Of a stretch of 64,000 bases of DNA, positions 25,366 to 37,554 are shown piece by piece. Source of the stretch: Ostrea edulis (taxonomy: Eukaryota); the NCBI RefSeq assembly GCF_947568905.1, contig NC_079164.1:39060001-39124000 (forward strand), given 5' to 3'. Both the position numbers and the translations under genes were made by a program. Numbering within the stretch: position 1 is the first letter of the stretch; each line of letters opens with the position of its first letter. The notes under the pieces were generated by a model. That model was not told where the DNA came from and did not search any database. It saw only the letters and a list, made by a program, of their open reading frames with translations.

Positions 25366-26870
25366 CAAACAACCTGCTCTATGTCCTTGCACAGAAGGTG
25401 ACCTTATCAGTTCAGTTTGTTTATTGGGCAAAGACCTCTGGTAGACATATTTCCCAATATTTAGTCAATAAGTCACAACATTTGAATTTATTCAATGTAG
25501 ACTTTGAAAAAAATGCATCTAGGAAGCAAAGGACTATTTACTTTCATTTTTTGAAAATACAGTCAGTATGAGTCAATTCCCATTTTCTTGATGAAACTTG
25601 GAAAAAAACTTCGAGATATGCAAGGATTTGAGATATCAAGGGTAAAATAGTTAGTTAAAGAATAAGTGGTTGGGACTTCTGAATCACTTCAACATATCCA
25701 TGGTATTTGAGATATCGGTGTTCAGATGAAGTTCAACTGTAATTGAAACCTTGTTTGATCATGTTGATAGAGCTGTCTATTGTAGTTGTAGAGTGGTTAA
25801 ATATTACTCAGGTGACCATTAAAGCCCATGGGCCTGGTTTGTGTTGCAAGTAATTATTCATGATAAAGGATGTGTTTTCCTGTCTTGTGCATTATTATGA
25901 ACCTCTGGATCATACAAAGTACTGTTAATATCCTGTCAGATTTCAAAATATGCAAAAGTTTCCAGCAAATTTTTTTTAATTTATATTTTTGGTACAAATT
26001 GTAAAGGAAACCTATGCACATGTCTGGCAATACAATACACAGCTTCTCAGCATGAGAACCATCTAAAACAGTTGTAAATGGGTCGTAAATGGATTCAAGT
26101 TTTTGTGATTTATGCCAGGTTTGATAAGTTTTGACATGAGATATTTAAGTTGACCTACATTTAAAACATTGTATCTCAAGTTTCAATTACAGAAACAGTA
26201 CAAAGGATTTTAGTGGTCTAGTTGAATGTACATGCATGTTTGCATTTGACATCATGGACATTTTTGGAAGATATTAATTGGTTTTTATGCAGCACTGAAT
26301 TCATCACATGCTGTTTGTATTACATGTAAAGCTTTACTGGGACACCTGATGGGATAATCTTCCTGTTATGTCATCTGTAACTTAAGGAGCTATACTATCA
26401 TAATGGCTGACTTCCTTTTAAAACATGATTGAAAATATGACTATCGGCAATATTTGCCTAGCTCAGGGTAGTTCAATCCGTGAAAGTGTCAACTGCTGAT
26501 CTGTAGATTGTGCTTTCCAAGTCTAGCAGGGTTTTAAGAATTTTTTTCAGATTACTTTCTACTAAAACTGCAATTTTTGACTAGATAAATTAAATTTTAG
26601 AAGTTGTATATTTCAAAATATTCTTACACATATCCTCCATTTTTCATCCATGTCAGATTGTAAATTGTCTGGTGTGTTATTCCTCCATAAGCTATTATTT
26701 AAATGATATGTGACCATCACTTGTATGACCCTTGACTTCTAAATAGATGGATTTAATTGTCTGACCTCTGGCAGGCAGTGCTCATGGTCAGCCACTAATT
26801 GTTTGTTGATTTGCGTCCCATTGAGTATCTATCACCCACGTAAAGACATGACCTTCTGTGACTTCTGCAT

Positions 26871-28066
26871 GGCATGCAGGACTGTAGCAGAGGAGGTTCT
26901 CTATAGTGGGGGATGGCAGGACTGTAGCAGAGGAGGCTCTCTATAGTAGGGGATGTCAGGACTGTAGCAGAGGAGGTTCTCTATAGTAGGGAATGTTAGG
27001 ACTGTAGCAGAGGAGGTTCTCTATAGTAGGGGATGTCAGGACTGTAGCAGAGGAGGTTCTCTATAGTAGGGGATGGCAGGACTGTAGCAGAGGAGGTTCT
27101 CTATAGTAGGGGATGGCAGGACTGTAGCAGAGGAGGTTCTCTATAGTAGGGGATGTCAGGACTGTAGCAGAGGAGGCTCTCTATAGTAGGGGGTGTCAGG
27201 ACTGTAGCAGAGGAGGTTCTCTATAGTGGGGGATGGCAGGACTGTAGCAGAGGAGGTTCTCTATAGTAGGGGATGTCAGGACTGTAGCAGAGGAGGTTCT
27301 CTATAGTAGGGGATGTCAGGACTGTAGCAGAGGAGGTTCTCTATAGTAGGTGATATTAGGACTGTAGCAGAGAAGGTTCTCTCAAGTGGGGGATGTCAGG
27401 ACTGTAGTAGAGGATGTTCTCTATGATCAGAGGACTTCAAGACTGTAGCAGAGGAGGTTCTCTTTGATATGGGGACCTCAGGACTATAGCAGAGGAGGTT
27501 CTATGATGTGGGGATCTCAAGACTGTAAGAGAGGAGGTTGTCTATGGTGGGGGATCTCAGAACTGTAACAGAGGAGGTTTTCTATGACAGGGGGACCTCA
27601 TGACTGTCACAGAGGAGGTTTTCTATGATGTGGGGATCTTAGGACTGTAGCAGAGGAGGTTCTCTATGGGGGACCTTGGGACTGTATCAGAGGATGTTCT
27701 CTAAAGCAATGGACCATGGGACTATAGCAGAGGAGGTTCTCTATGACAGGGGGACCTCAGGACTGTCACAGAGGTTTTCTATGATATGGGAATCTTAGGA
27801 CTGTAGCAGAGGAGGTTCTCTATGGGGGACCTTGGGACTGTATCAGAGGAGGTTCTCTAAAGCAAGGGACCTTGAGACTGTAGCAGAGGAGATTCTCTGA
27901 GACAGGGGGACCTCAGGACTGTAACTAAGGAGGTTATCTATGTTAAGAGGACCTCAGGACTGTAGCAGAAGAGGTTCATTATGACAGGGGGACCTTAGGA
28001 CTGTAGCAGAAGAGGTTCCCTATGGTGGGGGACCTCAGGACTGTAGCAGAAGAGGTTCTCTATGGT
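26871..28066. repeat. 40-bp tandem array in NXN intron 2, about 30 copies
   Basis: Unit actgtagcagaggaggttctctatagtaggggatgtcagg; homogeneous at the left, diverged at the right. Confidence 0.95.
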
Positions 28067-28496
28067 GTGGGGCTCAGCTTTTAAGGTCGCATCAGAAACA
28101 CCTGTGACTTCCCCTTTCAATGTTGGACACTCAGTGATGGAAATGTTGCTATCTATTTTAAACATCTTAGGTTTGCCACTGCCTCTAGAGTATAAATCCA
28201 TGACATATCCCCCTCCCCCCACCAGTTATAAAGTGAACACCCTAACCACTAGGATACCTCAACTGCTTTTTAAAAAAAAGTTTTAAAGATTTTCAATTTA
28301 AATTTGATGATAACAATGGCAGGTGTAATTTTTTTATATATATACATGTACCTAATACGGATATATACATGTACATGTGTACAATGCAAAACATGATATA
28401 AAGCATATAATATGTATCTAGTATGTATACTACATGTATATATGCAATATATATACAAAACATACCACAGAAATTTAATATACTATATACAAAACT

Positions 28497-28883
28497 CAGG
28501 GCTTGAAGCTTACTTTTAAAGTCTCCAGTCCAGCCGGACTGATGGGGTATAATTTCAACCAGTCCGCAGAAAAATTTACCAGTCCAACAGTTTTCCAGAA
28601 ATAATTAAACATATATATTTTGTTAATGTTATTAGAATGAATTGAACTCAGACAATATTGTTTCACTTAAATAGGGGATTTCTATTTACGAATCCGATTC
28701 GTCTGTTATATCTACAGATCGAAGCATGCCAAATGTGTGTATAAAATTTCATAAGTATATTTTCCAAAATGATGCTTTAGAAAATTAACCAGTCCCATCG
28801 GACTGACTGAAACAAATGTTAGTCAGTCCGCCAGACTTTTAACCAGTCACAGACTGACGGGCATATGTTAATTTCGAGCCCTG
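28497..28883. mobile_element. MITE with CAG..CTG ends and a 5-bp TSD (hAT5-like)
   Basis: cagggcttgaagctta ... taatttcgagccctg, flanked by aaact on both sides (28492-28496, 28884-28888). Confidence 0.75.
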
Positions 28884-31559
28884 AAACTTAGATATTCTAT
28901 AAAAATATATACTGGACAATACAAAACATAGGTATGCATTGCAAGACATAAATATATGATATAGAACATAATATATGTATATGAATCTATGTACAAAACA
29001 CAGATTTACCACACAATACAACAGAATGATATATACAGTATGTACATCATTTTATGATAGATGGAAAACATATTTCATTTGATGGACATATGCATTCTGC
29101 CATGTTTACTGGCTTGCCAGCATTTAATAAAATCAACATAAAAATAACAACTGTTTGCAAACATTCCCTGAAGAAATGGCTGGTGCTGTGGTAAGCAGGA
29201 GTCAGTAAGTGCTTATCGTCTCGGTGCTTTGTAAATCAATTACCAACTGCTCAAATACATGGTTTATCGTCAATGAAAATGTTTTTAATTTTTTAAGTCT
29301 AGTTTTAGTTGCCATGTTGAATATGTATTTTAAAGAGTATAATCTTGTACACATTAATGTGTCTCTACAGAGTTATCCCCCTCTCAGGACTTAAAAATTT
29401 TCACCAGTCAGTTAAGGTGGCTCGGCTCACCTTACCTTGAAAGAGTTTCTCAAATCTGCATGAAATTATTTAATTATGAAAGATATCATATGAAATAAGT
29501 GCAGATGATAAGAAGGCTTAAGAGGGTTGAAAATATGCAATAACCATGATTTTCAAACATTTATTTTAATGGATTTGAACTTAATTGGGATCTGTGAGTC
29601 ACTTAATATAACCCAATACTTTATCCACTGAACTGTGATGATAGACAAACAAATTGATCAATACAAATAATTTTACTAAAAATCTAAATCGCCATCTTGT
29701 GACATAGTGTCATAAAAAGTGTAAGTCTTGATGTACTGATCCAGCTACTTTAAAATCTGCTGATGACCGTGAAACATTAATTCATCAATTTAGCAATATG
29801 TAATTACTTAATTAGTATATTGCTTACAGGATTGACTGTCTTGTTATGTTTGAAGTTCTCTCTTTTCTTTCTCTCCCCTATTTCTTTTTCTCTCTCTGAC
29901 AGCCAATTTGTCAGGTCCTGTAGGGATTGATCATTACTGGGGAGGAGACTCATTGACTACAATGTTGCTCCCTATCAAACCCTGATTAGTTCACACTGTG
30001 CCCCTGTCTTGAGTAATTCTCAGGTAATGAGACAACACAATCACAGACACAGCCAAACAGTCCTCACAAAGCATGCAAAGTGGAACCGCATGTTACAAAT
30101 AAACTCCTATTACAAATAAATGCAGGCTTACTGTCGACATACCAAGGATTGCTTATCTGTCTATGTCCAATTGCTCCATTACACTGAATACAATCAGATG
30201 AGTGTTAGCCATCTCTCTGTTAATCAAGGAGGATTCGTCTTGTTTTGGGTAACTTTTAAAATTGACACATTAAAAAATTGACACATTAAAACCAGAGATG
30301 TGCACTATAAGCAAGAATAAGTAAGTGTTTCAATATAGATTGATCATCCCCATATAGCTAAAAAAAAAAAAAGTCTGAAATTACATGTACATGCATGCAT
30401 TTACATTCTAAACTTGTACATTTTCCAGTGAAATCATGTGATTTGTCTCATGTTGCATTTATGAGGATATCAATACATTGTGAAGAATGGTGACATCTCA
30501 GTTATTTAGAGTCCGTATGTCAGCTTGTACAGTAATTACTAAATATAAATTGTTTAGTTTCTACAATGTTTTATTGTCATGGAAAATCAAAATGTTATTA
30601 AACATTGTAAGTGGTAACTCGATCAATCCATTAATTGTTCCGTTAACAGTAGGTAATGTATAGTTGGAAATGTGTGTGAGAAACATTCCTCCAAGCCCCC
30701 CCCCCCCTCCCCTCAAAAAAGAAGTTGGTAAAAGCTTTGGATGTGACCAGGATCCTCTGATGAACTAGCCAAGTACTGTAATAAGATTATTCAACCTAAA
30801 AATGTGAGCAGAACTTGTGTAGTGGCCTCGGTGTGTGCGTGTAAACATCTGTTGTGTGGATTGTTGAGTCAGGGCGAGAGTTGACTTTGAAGTTTTTACA
30901 AGATCTTTATCACTGCCTACTATCAATGGTTCCTATGAGTTATCATGTCATCAACTGAGAATAAATGTTGACTGCTGAATTTCGTAATATTGCAACATGT
31001 GATCATTCATTTGGTGATCAGGCGACAAAGAAGTATGTCATTTGCATGGAACAGCTCAGAGCTCCTAATGTTCAGGTGATCTGGTGGTAAGCAGGTTAAT
31101 ATGGAAAACTGCAGACCATGGACCTGGTACCATTCCTCACACTTGAACATCTTTGGTGTCAGTGTGTGCTTTGTTTGAACATCTTATGATAATAGCCATT
31201 ACTGCTGTCAGAATTAAGGTACACCTCTTTGGTGTCATGTTGTGCAGAGTGCTTCAAGCCTTTCTGAACTTAACTGTATACTGTCTATAATTAAGAAGCA
31301 ACTAATTTTGTATAAGTAGAAGAAATGTTAATTTTCTGTAATCAGATCTCGAATCATTTACAAACAGGGAGGGGGAAAATGCAATGGAACAGAATGGGAT
31401 TCGTCTGACTGTCACACTTTTAATTCAAGATGAATGGTGATTTCATTTCATGTACATGTTTTTTTGTGATGTCATGTACATGTAAATTTTAATTCAAAAT
31501 GCATCAACGTTACGTGCAATTGATTAGAGAAAGAATTAGGTCGTAAGGGCAAACATATA

Positions 31560-32150
31560 ATGAATTGTGATTTGATGTTTTGAGTTTAGTGAGTCCCTTA
31601 ATTGGTGTCATATTGATGGTGATTTGACATTTTGAGTTTATAATGAATCCCTCAGTAAAATTGATTATTTGATATTTTTAGTTTAGTGTGTTTCTTGGTG
31701 TCATATTGATTGCGATTTGACATTTTGAGTTTATAATGAATCCCTCAGTAAAATTGATTATTTGATATTTTTAGTTTAGTGAGTTTCTTGGTGTCATATT
31801 GATGGTGATTTGACATTTTGAGTCTGGCGAGTCTCTCAGTATAATTGATCATGATTTGACATTTCGAGTTTGTTAAATCTCTTGTTACGGATTATGATTT
31901 AACGTTTTTACCTGATGAATCTGTTGGTATATGTGATTGTTATTTGACATTTTGAGTTTGTATCTAGTTTCGTGGTATTATGTTCCCGTTACAATTAGAA
32001 CTAGTTGATCGTAATTTGACAATTTGAGTCTGGCAAGTCTCTCGGTATGATCATGCAATTGTAATTTGACATTTGAGGTCTGATGAGGCCCTCGGTGTAT
32101 TTGATATAAATTTGAATTATGAGTTTGTCCCTCATTTATTTGATTGATTT
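31560..32150. repeat. Degenerate 43-45 bp tandem repeat ending at the NXN exon 3 acceptor
   Basis: Recurrent gatttgacattttgagt...ccctc motif, partly as about 88-bp dimers. Confidence 0.75.
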
Positions 32151-32157
32151 ATTTCAG

Positions 32158-32362
32158 TGCCCTCCATGCCGTGCCTTCACCCCTAACCTTGTCAAACTTT
32201 ACCAGAAGTTCCAAGAGGAGAAAAAGAATGTGGAGATTGTGTTTGTGTCGTCTGATCGCTCAGAGGAATCGTTTGACCAGTACTTCAATACTATGCCCTG
32301 GCTTGCTGTTCCGTTTGGAGATTCTAGGGTTGACAAGATGAAGAATCTGTTTGCTGTGGATG
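32158..32362 (+). CDS. NXN: Nucleoredoxin exon 3 (CPPC of the second active site)
   Basis: atttcag| CPPCRAFTPNLVKLY...EIVFVSSDRSEESF...MPWLAVPF...FAVD G|gtattt; phases 0/1. Confidence 0.92.
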
Positions 32363-32608
32363 GTATTTACTTGCTATATTACTGTTCCATTACTGGGGTA
32401 ATTAATGCATTGTTAGGACGCCATAGTCATCAAGTTTCTTGTTTGCATATAAGTGCCATTGATTATAGTTAACGAGGAAATTATGGTAAAGGAGGATTTT
32501 TATTTGATGGAAGAGAAAGAAATATTGGTATCCATATTGACTCATTGTATCAATTTCTTTATACATGTATTAAGTTTTTATTAATCATTTTATTTTGTCT
32601 TTTCATAG

Positions 32609-32697
32609 GTATACCTATGCTGGTTGTGCTGGATGAGCAGGGAGAAGTCATTACGCTGAATGGACGGGGAGCAGTTATGATGGATGAAGAGGGAATA
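32609..32697 (+). CDS. NXN: Nucleoredoxin exon 4
   Basis: tttcatag| (G)IPMLVVLDEQGEVITLNGRGAVMMDEEGI |gtgagt; phases 1/0. Confidence 0.9.
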
Positions 32698-34407
32698 GTG
32701 AGTACAAATTTAAAGTCACAGACATTTGTCTAACAATTATCAAGAAGGATCGACTAACACAATCATTGCAACTGTTCAAACTGAAGAACGTCATTGATGC
32801 AAAAATAAAATCAGAAATGTTTTCTTTGTCCTTTTAATATTTTATCACTTGTTTGGTTAGCTGAGTGGAACTAAGACCTTAGGCTCAGGTAATCTGTACA
32901 TAGTGTGTTTGAGGCCCAAAGAAGGACATATTGCTTTGCACATGTTGGATGGTCAGTCTCTCACATCTTGTGCAACATGCAGATAACTTGAGAACACTAA
33001 ACCTTACAAAATTCATGCTAATGGTAGGCTGATACAGTAAAACACAGTTATAGCGAACCTCCAGGACCAGCAAAAATCTGTTTGTTATAACCAAACTTCA
33101 TTATATCCAATAAATTGTTATTTTTCTCTCTTAAGGAAATGTGTATCACTTTGCAATAAGCATGAATTTGTTATAAGCGCACATCATCCCCATTGCTCAG
33201 CGAATCAGTGTCATCAGGTAACTATACCAGCCCAGATATATTTTATGTGTATAATTGATTCTGTGTAACGAATAACTAGAAAACACTTATCCTTTCGTAT
33301 TTCATCCTTGATAAAGCTGATGCATATGAGTGCACCTGTAGATAATCTGTTGCTTGGCAGGTCAGTATGCCCAAGGTCAAGGTTATTACCTGAGTCTCCA
33401 ATGCCTTCCTTTTGTGACACATTTTGTGTGATATTGTACAATCTGCACAACACTAGGCAACAGTATAAATTACCACACACCTATAATTGGGGAAGGGGCA
33501 TATTATAATAATGTTTTACAACCATCTACATCTCTTGTTTCTGAATGGTTGTACACTGAAATTGCTGAATTTTACATAAGGCAAAAATTTAGATTTCTAG
33601 CACGGCAACTAGTACTACATGTACTAGCTAGTACACGTAATCTATATTTTATATTCATGATAATTTTAATCAGTATGTAATACCTCCTTCAAATCCCATC
33701 ATTGTCAAATATCCAGGATTAGAAGTGACATGGAATATTTGATTCTTTTGCTCACAACTGGGCCAACTTTAAGCTGTTGCCATTAAATGGGTCACCTTGA
33801 ACAAAAAAGTGGCTAAATTGATCTTAGGGAAGTTGCAGTGTTGAACTGTTGATAAAGTTGATGAATAATGTGTCCACATCATTCTATAGTAAATGATTAA
33901 TATTGCAAAGCAAAGCCCTAATCTACTGCAGATGCACATAGAAAATCGTTGTAGTTTCCATTGTATATTTGCCTTTTCCACAGATACATGTAAAACCCTA
34001 TTTGTTCTGTCTCTTGAGAAGATAAGTTACAGTGTCGTGTATTGATTGTGTTAATTGTAATCGCAATGGAGATGAGAGATCCAGCTACCTAATCTTGTGT
34101 GTTTAATGTTTGCTTAGTGCTTGTGTACCTATGACAGAAATGTTTCGAATATTAATATCTTGTAGTCACATTGAACTGTAGTTGTGGGACATTCATTTGT
34201 AAAATGTGGCTTTATTGAAGAAAAAAAATTTGTTTATATGTTCCACAACAGATGCTTCCAAGACTTGCAAGAATAGGAGTCTGATTAACATACCCCAACA
34301 CAATGTTTGACAGTGTCATGAATCCTATCATAGGTCATGTGTACAAGGTCAAGTTCAATGTGAGAGTTATATTGTTTTTGTTCATCTGCAGTATATTTAC
34401 TGGTAAT

Positions 34408-37090
34408 CACTAGTAATTAATCTGGTTATAGTTTGTTCATTTAACCACACACTTAAAATTACACTAGTTATTCAGTTCATCAAACCTCTCACTAGTAATT
34501 ACTCTGGTTAGTCAGTTTATTTAACTACTCACTAGTAATTACTCTGGTTAGTCAGTTCATCAAATCTCTCACTAGTAATTACTCTGGTTAGTCAGTTCAT
34601 CAAACCTCTCACTAGTAATTATTCTGGTTAGTCAGTTCATCAAACCTCTCACAAGTAATTATTCTGGTTAGTCAGTTCATCAAACCTCTCACTAGTAATT
34701 ATTCTGGTTAGTCAGTTCATCAAACCTCTCACTAGTAATTATTCTGGATAATTTGTTCATTTAACTACTCACTAGTAATTATTCTGGTTAGTCAGTTCAT
34801 CAAACCTCTCACTAGTAATTATTCTGGATAATTTGTTCATTTAACTACTCACTAGTAATTACTCTGGATAATTTGTTCATTTAACTACTCACTAGTAATT
34901 ATTCTGGTTAGTCAGTTCATCAAACCTCTCACTAGTAATTATTCTGGATAATTTGTTCATTTAACTACTCACTAGTAATTACTCTGTTTATTCAGTTCAT
35001 CAAACCTCTCACAAGTAATTATTCTGGTTAGTCAGTTCATCAAACCTCTCACTAGTAATTATTCTGGTTAGTCAGTTCATCAAACCTCTCACTAGTAATT
35101 ATTCTGGTTAGTCAGTTCATCAAACCTCTCACTAGTAATTACTCTGGTTAGTCAGTTCATCAAATCTCTCACTAGTAATTATTCTGGTTAGTCAGTTCAT
35201 CAAACCTCTCACTAGTAATTATTCTGGTTAGTCAGTTCATCAAACCTCTCACTAGTAATTATTCTGGTTAGTCAGTTCATCTAACCTCTCGCTAGTAATT
35301 ATTCTGATTAGTCAGTTCATCTAACCTCTCACTAGTAATTACTCTGGTTAGTCAGTTCATCAAATCTCTCACTAGTAATTATTCTGGTTAGTCAGTTCAT
35401 CAAACCTCTCACTAGTAATTATTCTGGTTAGTCAGTTCATCAAACCTCTCACTAGTAATTATTCTGGTTAGTCAGTTCATCAAACCTCTCACTAGTAATT
35501 ATTCTGGTTAGTCAGTTCATCAAACCTCTCACTAGTAATTATTCTGGTTAGTCAGTTCATCTAACCTCTCACTAGTAATTATTCTGGTTAGTCAGTTCAT
35601 CAAACCTCTCACTAGTAATTATTCTGGTTAGTCAGTTCATCAAACCTCTCACTAGTAATTATTCTGGTTAGTCAGTTCATCAAACCTCTCACTAGTAATT
35701 ATTCTGGTTAGTCAGTTCATCAAACCTCTCACTAGTAATTATTCTGGTTAGTCAGTTCATCTAACCTCTCGCTAGTAATTATTCTGGTTAGTCAGTTCAT
35801 CAAATCTCTCACTAGTAATTATTCTGGTTAGTCAGTTCATCTAACCTCTCACTAGTAATTATTCTGGTTAGTCAGTTCATCAAACTTCTCACTAGTAATT
35901 ATTCTGGTTAGTCAGTTCATCAAACCTCTCGCTAGTAATTATTCTGGTTAGTCAGTTCATCTAACCTCTCACTAGTAATTACTCTGGTTAGTCAGTTTAT
36001 TTAACTACTCACTAGTAATTATTCTGTTTATTCAGTTCATCAAACCTCTCACTAGTAATTATTCTGGTTAGTCAGTTCATCAAACCTCTCACTAGTAATT
36101 ATTCTGGTTAGTCAGTTCATCAAACCTCTCACTAGTAATTATTCTGGTTAGTCAGTTCATCTAACCTCTCGCTAGTAATTATTCTGGTTAGTCAGTTCAT
36201 CAAATCTCTCACTAGTAATTATTCTGGTTAGTCAGTTCATCTAACCTCTCACTAGTAATTATTCTGGTTAGTCAGTTCATCAAACTTCTCACTAGTAATT
36301 ATTCTGGTTAGTCAGTTCATCAAACCTCTCGCTAGTAATTATTCTGGTTAGTCAGTTCATCAAACCTCTCACTAGTAATTATTCTGGATAATTTGTTCAT
36401 TTAACTACTCACTAGTAATTACTCTGGATATTTGGTACATTTAACTATACTCACTAGTAATTATTCTGGTTAGTCAGTTCATCTAACATACCTCTCACTA
36501 GTAATTACTCTGGTTAGTCAATTTATTTAACTACTCACTAGTAATTATTCTGGTTAGTCAGTTCATCAAACCTCTCGCTAGTAATTATTCTGGTTAGTCA
36601 GTTCATCAAACCTCTCACTAGTAATTATTCTGGATAATTTGTTCATTTAACTACTCACTAGTAATTACTCTGGATATTTGGTACATTTAACTATACTCAC
36701 TAGTAATTACTCTGGTTAGTCAGTTCATCAAACCTGTCACTAGTAATTATTCTGGTTAGTCAGTTCATCTAACCTGTCACTAGTAATTATTCTGGTTAGT
36801 CAGTTCATCTAATATACCTCTCACTAGTAATTACTCTGGTTAGTCAATTTATTTAACTACTCACTAGTAATTATTCTGATTAGTCAGTTCATCTAACCTC
36901 TCACTAGTAATTATTCTAATTAGTCAGTTTATTTAACTACTCACTAGTAATTATTCTGGATATTTGGTTCATTTAGCTACACACTAGTAATTACTCTTGT
37001 TAGTCAGTTCCTCTAACCTCTCACTAGTAATTACTCTGGATAATTGGTTCATTTAACTACTCGCTAGTAATTACTCTGGATATTCGGTTG
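34408..37090. repeat. 40-bp satellite array in NXN intron 4, about 65 copies
   Basis: Unit actagtaattattctggttagtcagttcatcaaacctctc, plus variant ...ggataatttgttcatttaactactc. Confidence 0.95.
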
Positions 37091-37518
37091 ATCTGACAAA
37101 AGATTACATGGTTCTTAAATTTAACTAAGCTCTAGGAATACTTTACAATGAGTCCAAGAAAAATTTTAGCCAGAGACAAACTTTCGATCTCCTTCGATTA
37201 AATGATTTCAATTCAAAAGTGATTTTATTTAGATCAGAGTTGTGCTTTGCATGTACCATGGCAATACAAGTACTCAGGCGTTCGACACATGATATTACAA
37301 AGGCGAATCATTTCAACATCTTACATGTACAATCAATTTCATGTAAAATTCAACACCATTATAATGTTTAAATGCTGACTGCATGTCTTTAAAAAATAGC
37401 ATCAGCAACTCATGTTTATATTTGTTCATCGACATTACTGTTGCTGACACATTATATTATCAAGTGTTTCAGAAATGACTTGGAATAATCATATATATAT
37501 ATATACATATACACACAC

Positions 37519-37554
<36 letters not shown>

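Noticed and set aside
26871-37090. CRISPR-like reading of the 40-bp arrays (and of the gtcaactcgtaccc repeats at 22581-22874)
   Set aside because: No unique spacers and no cas genes; eukaryotic intronic context. The short repeats are MITE TIRs.
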